From an uncultured Syntrophales bacterium (lineage in GTDB: Bacteria; Desulfobacterota; Syntrophia; Syntrophales; JADFWA01): a stretch of 62,600 bases of DNA. The notes beneath the pieces were generated by a model. The model was not told the origin of the DNA. It saw only the letters and a program-made list of their open reading frames with translations, and searched no databases. The stretch lies in NCBI GenBank assembly GCA_964454305.1, contig CAYVXX010000004.1, positions 1 to 62,600 on the forward strand. The letters run 5' to 3'. Every line of letters starts with the position of its first letter. Position 1 is the first letter of the stretch. A program made the position numbers and the translations under genes. Below are positions 8,698 through 18,914 of the stretch, one piece after another.

Positions 8698-9036
8698 ATG
8701 TTAAAGCAAAAGATAATAATCCTTATCATGATCGGCATTTTCGTGCTTTGTTCTTGCCCGGGCTACGCCCTGACACCTGCCAAGATGGACACGAGCAAGA
8801 GAGAAAAAACCGCGACACCACGAAACGCGAAAAAAATCGTGAAAATTGCCGGCGTCGTGAAGAAAATCGACGGAAGATTTCTGTACCTTGTCAACGAGCA
8901 GAAATACAGTCTGAGCGGTGTTAAAGTTGTCGACTACAGCGGCAAGACGAAGAGTGACGAAGGTCCTTCCAGGATAAGAAAAGTTGCCGAGATGACCTTT
9001 GTCGACGGTAGATTAAAAGAGGTTGTTATTCGTTAG
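8698..9036 (+). CDS. Small exported protein or lipoprotein, function unknown
   Basis: 112 aa. Signal peptide with a Cys-containing end (VLCSCPG). No motif recognised. Confidence 0.5.
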   Translation: MLKQKIIILIMIGIFVLCSCPGYALTPAKMDTSKREKTATPRNAKKIVKIAGVVKKIDGRFLYLVNEQKYSLSGVKVVDYSGKTKSDEGPSRIRKVAEMTFVDGRLKEVVIR

Positions 9037-9062
9037 CGTTATCGGACAAGTGAGGATTTGCC

Positions 9063-12000
9063 ATGAAAAATGTAAGAAAGAAAACCAGCATATTTTTATT
9101 AATGTGTATCGCCACCTTCACTATCCTCATCTTCCGGACAGCCCCTGCCCGCGGCGACGATGTGGACCTTTTTACGGCAACAGCCCCCGCCAATGTACTT
9201 TTTATTCTCGATAATTCTAACAGTATGGATGAGGATTTTGTGGGCAACGCTATCTGTTCATGGAGAACAGGCAGCAGGTCTGTCGAGGGCAGAAAAGCAT
9301 TGATCTCTCTCATTGATACGTACATAAACAGCATGCGGATAGGCCTGATGTCGTACAAGCTTTCCAGCGCGAGCAAATACTACCTGCACAATGCCGCGTA
9401 TTTCGCATCGTATCAACCGAAATCATACTGTCCCGACCCGCCTCCGGAGTGTGAAGAGTACTGTAAGACGGGAGATCTTGCAAAACTGGCCATATGTCAG
9501 GCCAGTTGTATTTTACAGAACGCATCATTCGACGGGACCTACAGGGACGAAATTCTCACCTATTACGCAATAGGCAGTGAACAGAGGAACCGCTACTGCG
9601 GGCTTTGTTATCCGAAAGAGAACCGCTATATAAACCCGACGGACACATCCCATTACGTCTATTATAAAATTCCTGGAACAATGTATGCCAGTAGTAACTA
9701 TGGCACCAGATTTGCCTATTCAACAAATTATAATCCAACGGAAGGAAACACTGATAATTATTATGGTTATAGCCAGAAAACCGGAACTTCAGACAGCTTT
9801 AACTACAGCAACCCATCCGCAGATGGCTATTCAAGTTATCAATTTTACTGGGGATTCTCTCCAACTGATGAAGATTGGGCATTAGGGTTCGGGGATTTTG
9901 GCAGGAGGCTGACCTGGTATTACACGGGTAGAACGTGGTTTTCAAGCAGTTCTCCCGGCGACGGGTACCTCCATGTCGCCTGTGACGATAATAATACGGC
10001 TAACGATAATCACAAAGACGCGCTTCTGGCAAAACTGGCGACTCATGAAAATGACGAGACAGGCTACATGAGCTGCACCAGTACCAGCAACCCCAATAGC
10101 TGCTCATATATTGTCAATGCGGGCCTTACACCCACTGCCGGAACACTCCAGGAAGCGATCGATTATTTCACGGGAGCCGGCAGTTACAGCACCCCTATCC
10201 AGTACTGGTGCCAGAAAAACTTCATCATTTACGTGACCGACGGCCTGCCGAGTGTCAATGAAAGTGGGGGCACCGACTCGGCTGATAATCTTATGCCCGC
10301 GGTGCTGGCGAAGATTGACGCTCTAAGAGATTTTTCAGTGACTATAAGCGGCAAGTCGTATGATTTTGACGTGAAGACCTACGTGATCGGACTGGGGCTC
10401 ACGGACGCGGCAAAGACCAAGCTTGATACCATGGCGGTACACGGAGGCACCGCCGTCAACGGTAATGCGTATTATGCCGATGATATTTCCGAACTCGTTT
10501 CGGGATTGTCTCTCATCCTTCAGGATGTTATCGAAAACAGTTATTCATTTGCTGCGACTTCTGTTTCATCATCAAGAGTGGCCGATGAAAATTACATGTA
10601 CGAGGCATCGTTTCAGCCCATTCAAGATGATCCCTTCTGGACGGGTCATATAAAAAAATACAATATCAACGCTGATGGTTCGGTCGGAAGTGAGGTGTGG
10701 GATTCCGGTGATGTTCTTCAGTCAACGGATCCGGCAGCGAGAACGATAAAAACGTACAAGTCGGGTGCTTTGACGGCATTTACAACGACAAATATTACCG
10801 CAACAGATCTTGGTGTTTCAACAGATGACGAAAGAGATACCGTTATCGGATACATTCGTGGAGAAAGTGCCTATAATCCCGATAACTGGAAGCTGGGTGA
10901 CATCTTCCATTCGTCTCCCATCACAATCGGAACCCCTTCCGCAACATTTTACGACACAAGAGATACGAATCAGACCTATGAAACATTCAGGACTAATCAT
11001 GTACGATCAACGGCCAACGGGATAAGAACTGTCGTCGCCGGAGCAAATGAAGGACAGTTTCATGCGTTTCTTGCAAGTACGGGAGCAGAGAGCTGGAGTT
11101 TTATCCCGCCTAATCTCTTGCCGAAACTGCAGGACATCGTTCACACTACCCATCCTACGGCCTTAAGCCACCAATATTTTGTGGACGGGTATGTCACCGT
11201 TGCAGACGTGTGGCTCGGGTCGGGTACCGGTACGGCAAAGTCCGTTGCTGACTGGCATACACTCGTGATGTTCGGACTCAAAAGCGGAGGTGCGTCGAAT
11301 CTCTGGAGTTCTTCAACGTCATGCGATTCCGGCTTTAATGCCACCTATTCGACGACATATCCCTATTACGGTGGTTTCTACTGCCTTGATGTTACCGATC
11401 CGACAAGTCCCCTCTACCGATGGCGCATCAACCCCTCCGCCACGGAAGCGCCGTATCTGGGAGCCCCCTGGAGCAAGATTTTCCCCGGCAGAGTATTGAT
11501 TAGCGGAAGCGAAAAATGGGTCGGGTTCCTTGGTGCCGGGTATAATGACTCGGATTGCGTTAGTGGAAGTTGCGATACCAGGGGCAAGGGACTCTTTGTC
11601 ATTGATATGAGCAACGGTAATGTCCTCTGGGCCGCGACGCGGGTTGATTTCTCAGGGATGGATTACAGCATGCCCGCACCCGCCGCCATTGTCGATACTG
11701 ATAACGACGGTTTTATCGATACGGCATATTGTGGAGACTTAGGCGGCAATATGTGGAGGTTCAAACTCTGTACCGCTGCCGACGGATCCAGCTGTAATAT
11801 CACTGACTGGACTGCCAGCATGTTGTATGATTCGCCAGGCGGAACCATACGGCCTATTTATACGGCACCCGCCGTCGCCCGCGACTCAAATGACAATATA
11901 TGGGTCTACTTCGGTACGGGCGATAAAAGCGACCCGACGGGGCCCAATGCTCAGGAAATGATGTGCGGCATCAAGGATAACGATCGCTCGACGACCTGGA

Positions 12001-12449
12001 CGGTGAATGATCTCGATAACATCACCTCGAGCACATACACTGATTCATCGAGCAAGCAGGGATGGTATATAAACCTCACGGGAGGAGGTCAGAAAGTACT
12101 GGCTGAACCTACCGTTTTCGGCGGAGTACTGTATTTTACAACCTTTACTCCCGACCAGAGCGGTGATCCCTGCGCATACGGGGGCGATGCGAACCTGTTT
12201 GCGGTAGACTATGTCACGGGTGCGGGAAAGCTTGACGGAGGCGCGAGAGATATGGTCATCGGGACAGGCGTCTCGACGGCACCCGTCATCTCATTGAAAC
12301 CAGGGTCAGGAGTATCTCCGGACCTTTACGTTACCATTAGCGGTGGAAGTGAAGGGGGGATTGCAAGCACAATAAGGGTAAATTTTGACCCGCCGGGCCT
12401 TGTAAATCGAACCAATATGCTCTTCTGGCTGGATCGGCGTTTGCAGTGA
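9063..12449 (+). CDS. pilY1: PilY1-like pilus tip adhesin with an N-terminal vWA domain
   Basis: 1128 aa. Signal peptide, MIDAS DxSxS (LDNSNSM), and a C-terminal beta-propeller region with the EF-hand-like Ca site DTDNDGFID followed by GDLGGNMWRF. Confidence 0.85.
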   Translation: MKNVRKKTSIFLLMCIATFTILIFRTAPARGDDVDLFTATAPANVLFILDNSNSMDEDFVGNAICSWRTGSRSVEGRKALISLIDTYINSMRIGLMSYKLSSASKYYLHNAAYFASYQPKSYCPDPPPECEEYCKTGDLAKLAICQASCILQNASFDGTYRDEILTYYAIGSEQRNRYCGLCYPKENRYINPTDTSHYVYYKIPGTMYASSNYGTRFAYSTNYNPTEGNTDNYYGYSQKTGTSDSFNYSNPSADGYSSYQFYWGFSPTDEDWALGFGDFGRRLTWYYTGRTWFSSSSPGDGYLHVACDDNNTANDNHKDALLAKLATHENDETGYMSCTSTSNPNSCSYIVNAGLTPTAGTLQEAIDYFTGAGSYSTPIQYWCQKNFIIYVTDGLPSVNESGGTDSADNLMPAVLAKIDALRDFSVTISGKSYDFDVKTYVIGLGLTDAAKTKLDTMAVHGGTAVNGNAYYADDISELVSGLSLILQDVIENSYSFAATSVSSSRVADENYMYEASFQPIQDDPFWTGHIKKYNINADGSVGSEVWDSGDVLQSTDPAARTIKTYKSGALTAFTTTNITATDLGVSTDDERDTVIGYIRGESAYNPDNWKLGDIFHSSPITIGTPSATFYDTRDTNQTYETFRTNHVRSTANGIRTVVAGANEGQFHAFLASTGAESWSFIPPNLLPKLQDIVHTTHPTALSHQYFVDGYVTVADVWLGSGTGTAKSVADWHTLVMFGLKSGGASNLWSSSTSCDSGFNATYSTTYPYYGGFYCLDVTDPTSPLYRWRINPSATEAPYLGAPWSKIFPGRVLISGSEKWVGFLGAGYNDSDCVSGSCDTRGKGLFVIDMSNGNVLWAATRVDFSGMDYSMPAPAAIVDTDNDGFIDTAYCGDLGGNMWRFKLCTAADGSSCNITDWTASMLYDSPGGTIRPIYTAPAVARDSNDNIWVYFGTGDKSDPTGPNAQEMMCGIKDNDRSTTWTVNDLDNITSSTYTDSSSKQGWYINLTGGGQKVLAEPTVFGGVLYFTTFTPDQSGDPCAYGGDANLFAVDYVTGAGKLDGGARDMVIGTGVSTAPVISLKPGSGVSPDLYVTISGGSEGGIASTIRVNFDPPGLVNRTNMLFWLDRRLQ

Positions 12450-12613
12450 TAGTTTGAGAAGATTTTATCGTTCTACAAAATATCCTCCTGTCTCCCTTTG
12501 CTAAAGGGGGATTCAGGGGGATTTTTTGTTGGCAAACGCCAAAATTTCTTGACTTCATGGCCGTAAAATTATAGCGTGGCGTTCAATGTTATTGAAAAGC
12601 GGAGGTTGGTATT

Positions 12614-12781
12614 ATGGGAACGGAGAAGAGATACTGTTCAATATGTGCATGGAGGGGAAACTGCCAGAAGAGATTTAGTGTTACATCGGATTCTGTAGGT
12701 AATGTTCACTGTCCCGATTTTACCAGGGATCTTTCCATAAAGGACAAAGATATTGATGAGGTAGAAAAAAAAGAAAATTAA
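12614..12781 (+). CDS. Unannotated small Cys-rich protein (55 aa)
   Basis: ATG at 12614 with GGAGG 7 nt upstream. Translation: MGTEKRYCSICAWRGNCQKRFSVTSDSVGNVHCPDFTRDLSIKDKDIDEVEKKEN. It is below the 60-aa cutoff of the ORF track. Confidence 0.4.
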   Translation: MGTEKRYCSICAWRGNCQKRFSVTSDSVGNVHCPDFTRDLSIKDKDIDEVEKKEN

Positions 12782-12917
12782 AGTAACCGTTCATGGGTTT
12801 CCCTCTCTGTGAATGGGAAAACTTTTGCCATTGGTTTGATAAAATCGTAAATCGGAACCTACGCTTAAATCCGGCCTCCCTGAGGCCGGGTGGTTATATT
12901 TAGTTTCAGAGAAACGG

Positions 12918-12941
12918 GTTGGCCTTTTGGCCAACTTTTTT
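12918..12941 (+). terminator. Rho-independent terminator
   Basis: GTTGGCC-TTTT-GGCCAAC followed by T6. Confidence 0.55.
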
Positions 12942-13005
12942 AGTATAAGAAAGGTAAGCTGTCAGCTATCAGCTATCAGCATTCAGCAAAGGGAAAGGCT
13001 TTTAG

Positions 13006-14667
13006 ATGAAGAAGAAGTTAATTGAATTACTGGAAAATTCTATTAGAACCTGTTCCGATAAACGGATGTTTGAGATAGGAGACCTCCCCTTTATAGAAGT
13101 GGAAACTCCAAGGGAGGAATCCCACGGCGACTATTCGTGTACTGCATCGATGGTGCTTGCTTCAAGCCAGGGGGGGAACCCGCGTAAAATAGCAGAACAG
13201 ATCGTTGAAAATATCGACGATAGCAATAACCTGCTGGCCAAGATAGAAATTGCCGGTCCTGGCTTTATCAATTTTTTTATTGAAAAAGATGCGTGGGTTC
13301 CCCTCTTGAAAGACGTGGATGAGCAGGGTGATCGTTATGGAGAATCTGATTTTGGAAAAGGCAAGAAGGTGCAGATAGAATTTGTCAGTGCCAACCCCAC
13401 TGGGCCTCTTCATATAGGACATGCAAGAGGTGCAGTTATTGGTGATGTCGTTGCCAATATCCTGAAATCTTCGGGATTCTCCGTTGTCAGAGAGTATTAC
13501 ATTAATGACGCAGGCAGCCAGATGGATGTTCTGGGAAAATCTGTTTTTCTTCGCTATCTGGAGCTGCTGGGAAAAGAGATTGAATTTCCGCCTGAGTGTT
13601 ACCAGGGAGACTATATTAAAGAGCTGGCCGTAGGAATATCTGAAGAGTATGGTGACAGGTATCTCGAAAAAGAAGAAGCCATCCCTGTTGTTTTTACAGA
13701 TTATGCCGTCAATTCTATTTTGAGTGGAATAAAGGAGGACTTGAATGCCTTTGGTGTAGTTTTTGATAGTTATTTCAGTGAGAAAGAACTTTATAAAGAT
13801 GATGGAGTTGCAAAACTACTCGCAGAACTTCAAGAAAAGGAGTTTATCTATGAGGAGGGAGGGGCTCTCTGGTTCAAAACAACCGATTTTGGTGATGAAA
13901 AGGACAGGGTAGTGGTCAGGGAAAACGGTGAACCGACCTATTTTGCCGCAGATATTGCCTATCACCGCGACAAGTATTTAAGGGGCTTCGACATGATTAT
14001 AGATATCTGGGGTGCTGATCACCATGGTTATATTCCCAGAATGTATGCCGGCATCCAGTCTCTTGGTAATGAAAAAGAAGCCCTTAAGATTATCCTGGTG
14101 CAACTGGTAAATCTTTTAAGGAGTGGAAAACCTGTAGCTATGTCTACACGAGGTGGAGAATTCGTGACCTTGAGGGAAGTTGTCGATGAGGTGGGAAGAG
14201 ATGCGGCAAGATATAACTTTCTCATGAGACGATCAGACAGCCATCTTGATTTTGATCTGGAGCTTGCCAAAAAACAGTCGAATGAAAATCCTGTTTATTA
14301 TGTTCAATATGCACATGCCAGGATATCCAGTATCATGAGGTTAGCACATGAACAAGGCTATAAAATTCCCGGTTTCGGTGATGTGGATTGGAGGTTTTTA
14401 ACTCTTCCGGAGGAAATTACTCTTATTAAAGAGATTGTCAGATTTCCGGAAGTAGTTGAAGGAAGTGCAAAGGGACTTGAGCCCCATCGTCTTACATTTT
14501 ATCTGAACGACCTTGCTTCTGTTTTCCATAGTTATTATAACAAAAACAGGGTGATTTCCGATGACTTGAGTTTAAGCATGGCAAGATTTTTTCTTGTTAA
14601 ATCTGTTCGGGTAGTTTTGAGAAACGCTTTAATGCTCTTGGGTGTCTCGGCCCCGGAAAAAATGTGA
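13006..14667 (+). CDS. argS: Arginine--tRNA ligase
   Basis: 553 aa. Class I HIGH motif ([12 protein letters not shown]) and C-terminal anticodon-binding domain. Confidence 0.97.
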   Translation: MKKKLIELLENSIRTCSDKRMFEIGDLPFIEVETPREESHGDYSCTASMVLASSQGGNPRKIAEQIVENIDDSNNLLAKIEIAGPGFINFFIEKDAWVPLLKDVDEQGDRYGESDFGKGKKVQIEFVSANPTGPLHIGHARGAVIGDVVANILKSSGFSVVREYYINDAGSQMDVLGKSVFLRYLELLGKEIEFPPECYQGDYIKELAVGISEEYGDRYLEKEEAIPVVFTDYAVNSILSGIKEDLNAFGVVFDSYFSEKELYKDDGVAKLLAELQEKEFIYEEGGALWFKTTDFGDEKDRVVVRENGEPTYFAADIAYHRDKYLRGFDMIIDIWGADHHGYIPRMYAGIQSLGNEKEALKIILVQLVNLLRSGKPVAMSTRGGEFVTLREVVDEVGRDAARYNFLMRRSDSHLDFDLELAKKQSNENPVYYVQYAHARISSIMRLAHEQGYKIPGFGDVDWRFLTLPEEITLIKEIVRFPEVVEGSAKGLEPHRLTFYLNDLASVFHSYYNKNRVISDDLSLSMARFFLVKSVRVVLRNALMLLGVSAPEKM

Positions 14668-14703
14668 GGGATTATTTAATCAGTAGAGGAGCTAAGTGCA
14701 TTA

Positions 14704-15264
14704 ATGTTTTTCCGAAGTGTAAAAGATTTCGAATTCAGACTGGGTAAGCTGGGCCTGGGTTTGTTTGTCTTCGGGACTTCTCTTTCTCTCTTATTTGTTT
14801 TTATTTTTGGAGTTATAGTTGGGAAAAATATTGAAAGCTACCCGGAGAAGATCGTAAAAAGTATTCCCCGCATAACAAATCAAAAGATTGTCAGGAAACC
14901 GCTAATTGCTGAGGAGATAGCAAAGGAAGAGAAAAAAGATTTTAAACTTACCTTCTATGATACCCTGGCCCGTAAAAGTGATGAATTGGGGAAGAGTGGA
15001 GGGGGAAAAGCTCTTGTTCTTGTTGAAGATAAATACATAATACAGGTAGCCTCTTTTAAAGAGAGAAAGAAGGCGGAGACGCTTCATAAAAGATTGTCTG
15101 ATATGGGTTACGACTCCGCGGTTGATGAAATTAAGTTGAAATTAAAAGGAATATGGTTTCGTGTTCAGTTGAAGGGGTTTGTAAATTATACAGATGCAAA
15201 AAAGGTTGCAGTAATATTAGAGAAGAAGATTAAAGGCTTGAAGTGCATGATTGTCAAAAAATAG
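14704..15264 (+). CDS. SPOR domain-containing membrane protein
   Basis: N-terminal TM segment and C-terminal SPOR-like repeat (YIIQVASFKERKKAETL...WFRVQLKGF). Confidence 0.8.
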   Translation: MFFRSVKDFEFRLGKLGLGLFVFGTSLSLLFVFIFGVIVGKNIESYPEKIVKSIPRITNQKIVRKPLIAEEIAKEEKKDFKLTFYDTLARKSDELGKSGGGKALVLVEDKYIIQVASFKERKKAETLHKRLSDMGYDSAVDEIKLKLKGIWFRVQLKGFVNYTDAKKVAVILEKKIKGLKCMIVKK

Positions 15265-15306
15265 TTCAAAGTTCGGAGTTTCACGTTTGGGGGAATGGAA
15301 TTACTG

Positions 15307-15436
15307 TGACAGTCTCGTAAAAAGTCTCAAAATGTGTTATTTGTCATGCTGAACTTGTTTCAGCATCTAATTCAGTAAGTTAGAGACCCTGAAATAAATT
15401 CAGGGTGACAAAAGCTGACTTTTTACGAAGCCATCA
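15307..15436. mobile_element. Family-B MITE-like element, copy B1
   Basis: Inverted termini TGACAGTCTCGTAAAAAGTC (15307-15326) and GACTTTTTACGAAGCCATCA (15417-15436). Two internal hairpins. No ORF. Confidence 0.5.
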
Positions 15437-15484
15437 ACTTTAAACTTTGAACTTTGAACTCGAAACTTTAAACAGGTATTCATC

Positions 15485-16816
15485 ATGTTTGAAAGTCTGA
15501 CTGAAAAACTGGAAGGGATCTTTAAAAAGCTGAAAGGAAGAGGCAGGCTTGATGAAGAGAATATCAAGGATGCGTTAAAGGAAATCCGGATGGTGCTCCT
15601 TGAAGCTGATGTGAATTTCAGAGTAGTCAAGAAATTCATCGAGGATATCAGGATGAGGGCAGTGGGGCAGGAAGTTCTTGCCAGCATTACGCCCGGTCAG
15701 CAGGTTGTAAAAATCGTTAATGACAGGCTTGTTGAGCTGATGGGGGGAAAGAGCAGCCAGTTAAAAATTGCCAGCAGAGTTCCTGCACCGATTATGATGG
15801 TTGGTCTTCAGGGGTGTGGCAAAACTACTACGACGGCCAAGCTTGCCAGTGTCTTGTTAAATAAAGGAGAGCGTGTTTGTCTCGTTCCGGCGGATGTTTA
15901 CCGGCCCGCAGCCGTCCACCAGTTGAAGATTCTTGGAGAAAAGGTTGGAGTTGATGTCTACGATTCGAAAGGAGTGGAAGACCCTGTCAGGATTTGTGTT
16001 GAGGCTGTCAAGCAAGCGAGTGAAGGTAATTATGATACGATACTTATTGATACAGCAGGAAGGTTGCATATTGACAGTGAGATGATGGATGAGTTGGAAA
16101 AAATAAAGAATGTGATAAATCCATCGGAAATACTGTTTGTTGCCGATGCCATGACCGGTCAGGATGCGGTATCTGCAGCAGGGAAGTTTGACGAACTGCT
16201 GGGTATTGACGGAGTAATCCTGACAAAGATGGATGGCGATGCCCGAGGCGGGGCGGCATTGTCCATCAGGGCGGTAACGGGAAAACCTATAAAGTTTATC
16301 GGTGTGGGTGAGAAGCTTGATGCCCTTGAAGTATTTCATCCGGAACGTATGGCATCGAGAATCCTCGGTATGGGGGATGTCTTGACTCTGGTTGAGAAGG
16401 CGCAGACTGCATTTGATGAAAAGGCAGCCAGGGAGCTGGAAAAGAAAATCAGGAAAGATTCCTTCACCCTCGAGGACTTCAGAAGCCAGCTTGTACAGAT
16501 AAGAAAGATGGGTTCCATGCAGGATATTCTGGGCATGATTCCCGGATTTGGCAAGATGAAGTCATTGAAAAATGTGAACGTAGATGAAGGTGAACTGGTC
16601 AGGGTGACGGCTATCATCGACTCAATGACGAAAAAGGAGCGTATCGATTACCGGATCATAAATGGACAGAGAAGAAAGAGAATTGCCAGAGGAAGTGGTA
16701 CCGCAGTTCAGGATGTCAACCGGTTGTTGAAGAATTACGTTGAAATGAGGAAAATGATGAAGAAAATAACAAAAGGTGGCATGAAATCTTTGAGAGGGGG
16801 TAAATTCCCCTTTTAA
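15485..16816 (+). CDS. ffh: Signal recognition particle protein
   Basis: 443 aa. SRP54 N/G domains (GLQGCGKTTT, DTAGR) and a Met-rich M domain. Confidence 0.97.
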   Translation: MFESLTEKLEGIFKKLKGRGRLDEENIKDALKEIRMVLLEADVNFRVVKKFIEDIRMRAVGQEVLASITPGQQVVKIVNDRLVELMGGKSSQLKIASRVPAPIMMVGLQGCGKTTTTAKLASVLLNKGERVCLVPADVYRPAAVHQLKILGEKVGVDVYDSKGVEDPVRICVEAVKQASEGNYDTILIDTAGRLHIDSEMMDELEKIKNVINPSEILFVADAMTGQDAVSAAGKFDELLGIDGVILTKMDGDARGGAALSIRAVTGKPIKFIGVGEKLDALEVFHPERMASRILGMGDVLTLVEKAQTAFDEKAARELEKKIRKDSFTLEDFRSQLVQIRKMGSMQDILGMIPGFGKMKSLKNVNVDEGELVRVTAIIDSMTKKERIDYRIINGQRRKRIARGSGTAVQDVNRLLKNYVEMRKMMKKITKGGMKSLRGGKFPF

Positions 16817-16979
16817 TAATATGCAATATATGTTAGAGAAGCTGAGGGAGTTAGTTGCTGTCGGTTAGTTTTTAATAAAAACAAAGGCTTAGGAGTGAAT
16901 TTGTTTTTCTTTATCTTGCTGATGGCTGGACACTTATAATTGCTTTAGAATATTTTTTAGGAGGTGATATAGTTAATAA

Positions 16980-17222
16980 ATGGCAGTAAAAATTAGATTG
17001 GCACGAATGGGTGCAAAAAAGAAACCTTTTTACAGAATTGTTGTTGCTGATGTCGAATCTCCCAGGGATGGAAGATTTATTGAAATTGTTGGGAATTATG
17101 ATCCTAAGAAGGATCCGGCAGAGGTCAACTTTAAGGAGGATCGTATTGTCGATTGGCTGTCAAAGGGTGCCAAGCCAACATTGACCGTCTCCCAGTTACT
17201 TAAAAAGAGGGGATTATTGTAA
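16980..17222 (+). CDS. rpsP: 30S ribosomal protein S16
   Basis: [24 protein letters not shown] is the canonical S16 N-terminus. Confidence 0.97.
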   Translation: MAVKIRLARMGAKKKPFYRIVVADVESPRDGRFIEIVGNYDPKKDPAEVNFKEDRIVDWLSKGAKPTLTVSQLLKKRGLL

Positions 17223-17343
17223 GCTGAAAAGAGAATTGAGGCAGGGGTATCTCCCACAGGTTTGCTGTGGAGATTTTCAAATGGTTGCTCGAGTTATTGT
17301 CTATCACGGTTCATATTACAAATAACCGGTGGAGGGTGTTACC

Positions 17344-17574
17344 ATGAAAGATTTGGTAAAGTACATTGCTCAAGCATTGGTAGACAACCCGGAAGTGGTA
17401 GAGGTTTCCGAAGTGGAAGGTGAAAAGACTTCCGTGATGGAACTGAGGGTTGCAAAGGAAGACCTGGGTAAGGTTATTGGCAAACAGGGAAAAACCGCAA
17501 AGGCTATGAGGACGATTTTAAGTGCAGCATCAGCTAAGCTTCACAAAAGGACAGTATTGGAGATTATTGAATAA
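17344..17574 (+). CDS. KH domain RNA-binding protein (YlqC-like)
   Basis: [18 protein letters not shown] GxxG motif. Conserved position between rpsP and rimM. ATG at 17344 is preceded by GGAGGG. Confidence 0.9.
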   Translation: MKDLVKYIAQALVDNPEVVEVSEVEGEKTSVMELRVAKEDLGKVIGKQGKTAKAMRTILSAASAKLHKRTVLEIIE

Positions 17575-17595
17575 AAAGTAAAAACCTCTTAATTT

Positions 17596-18096
17596 ATGGA
17601 TCTTTTTGAGATAGGCAAAATTGTTAAACCTCATGGGCTTGGAGGCTGCATGAAGGTGATTTTGTATCTGGAATCGAATACGATACTTGAATCACTGAAG
17701 GAGGTTTATGTAGGGCTTGAAAAACAAGAGACTAACCTCAAAAAGATAAAAAATATCAAAATCAACAAAAAACACTTTTTACTTGAACTTGAAGGTGTGG
17801 AGAATGTTGTTGCTGTGAGCGCGCTGGTAGGATGTCAGGTTTTAGTACCTTATGAGAAACTGGAAAAGTTATCAGGAGATGAATATTACTGGCGGGATAT
17901 TATTGGACTTGAGGTTGTTACTGAAGATGGTGAGATTATTGGTAGGGTCGAGAGTATTTTACCCACGGGTAGTAACGATGTTTATGTATGCACCAGCGAA
18001 GACAAAGAAATTCTTTTGCCTGCGATAGCTGACGTAGTCCGGAAAATAGATATAAAAAATGGCAGGATGATTGTCAGACTGCTTGAAGGTTTGTAA
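17596..18096 (+). CDS. rimM: Ribosome maturation factor RimM
   Basis: 166 aa. RimM N-terminal and PRC barrel regions. Conserved synteny. Confidence 0.93.
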   Translation: MDLFEIGKIVKPHGLGGCMKVILYLESNTILESLKEVYVGLEKQETNLKKIKNIKINKKHFLLELEGVENVVAVSALVGCQVLVPYEKLEKLSGDEYYWRDIIGLEVVTEDGEIIGRVESILPTGSNDVYVCTSEDKEILLPAIADVVRKIDIKNGRMIVRLLEGL

Positions 18097-18102
18097 CAGA
18101 CT

Positions 18103-18849
18103 ATGATCAGGTTTGATATTTTCTCTCTCTTTCCCGGAATGTTTGAGTCCCCTTTCAATGACAGCCTCTTAAAAAAAGCCCTCGAAAAAGGATTGATAGA
18201 AATAAATCTTCATGACATCCGCAGCTATGCTGATGGGAAGCACAGGATGTGCGATGATTATCCCTATGGCGGCGGCGGTGGAATGGTTATGAAGGTGGAA
18301 CCGGTTGTAAGGGCAGTAGAGGCTGTTGTCCCGATGAGGTCGAATGCATCCGTTGTTTTACTGACACCTCAGGGCGAGACCTTCAATCAGGGGGTTGCAG
18401 AAGAACTTTCCAGGCTTTCTCAAGTTGTTCTTATCTGTGGTCATTATGAAGGTGTGGATGAAAGGATAAGAGAGAATCTTGTAGACAGAGAGATTTCGAC
18501 GGGTGATTATGTCCTGACCGGAGGGGAGTTGCCGGCCATGATTGTGGTTGATGCAGTTTCCCGTTTGATTCCAGGTGTTTTGAGTAATAGAGAATCTGCT
18601 TTGCTGGATTCTTTTTCAACAGGCCTCCTCGAATATCCCCATTATACGCGTCCAAGAGAATATAGGGGGTGGGAGGTTCCCGATGTGCTGCTCTCAGGGA
18701 ATCATAATGAGATTAATAAATGGAGGCGCAGGGGATCCCTTAAGAGGACGCTTACGAGAAGACCTGATTTGTTGAGGAAGGTGGAGTTATCGGAGGAGGA
18801 CAGAAAAATTCTTGAAGAACTTAAGGCAGAAGACAGGAGCCAGGAGTGA
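18103..18849 (+). CDS. trmD: tRNA (guanine37-N1)-methyltransferase
   Basis: 248 aa. TrmD motifs ([25 protein letters not shown]). Confidence 0.97.
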   Translation: MIRFDIFSLFPGMFESPFNDSLLKKALEKGLIEINLHDIRSYADGKHRMCDDYPYGGGGGMVMKVEPVVRAVEAVVPMRSNASVVLLTPQGETFNQGVAEELSRLSQVVLICGHYEGVDERIRENLVDREISTGDYVLTGGELPAMIVVDAVSRLIPGVLSNRESALLDSFSTGLLEYPHYTRPREYRGWEVPDVLLSGNHNEINKWRRRGSLKRTLTRRPDLLRKVELSEEDRKILEELKAEDRSQE

Positions 18850-18914
18850 GAAGATAAAAGGAAAAATATTTCACTCCCGTTCTGGATTCTGACCACTGTC
18901 TTCTGTATAGCATA

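Noticed and set aside
12549-12580. A sigma-70 promoter (TTGACT...TAAAAT) upstream of the small Cys-rich ORF
   Set aside because: The spacing between the candidate hexamers is wrong (9 or 15 nt, with weak -10 alternatives), so I did not report it as a feature.
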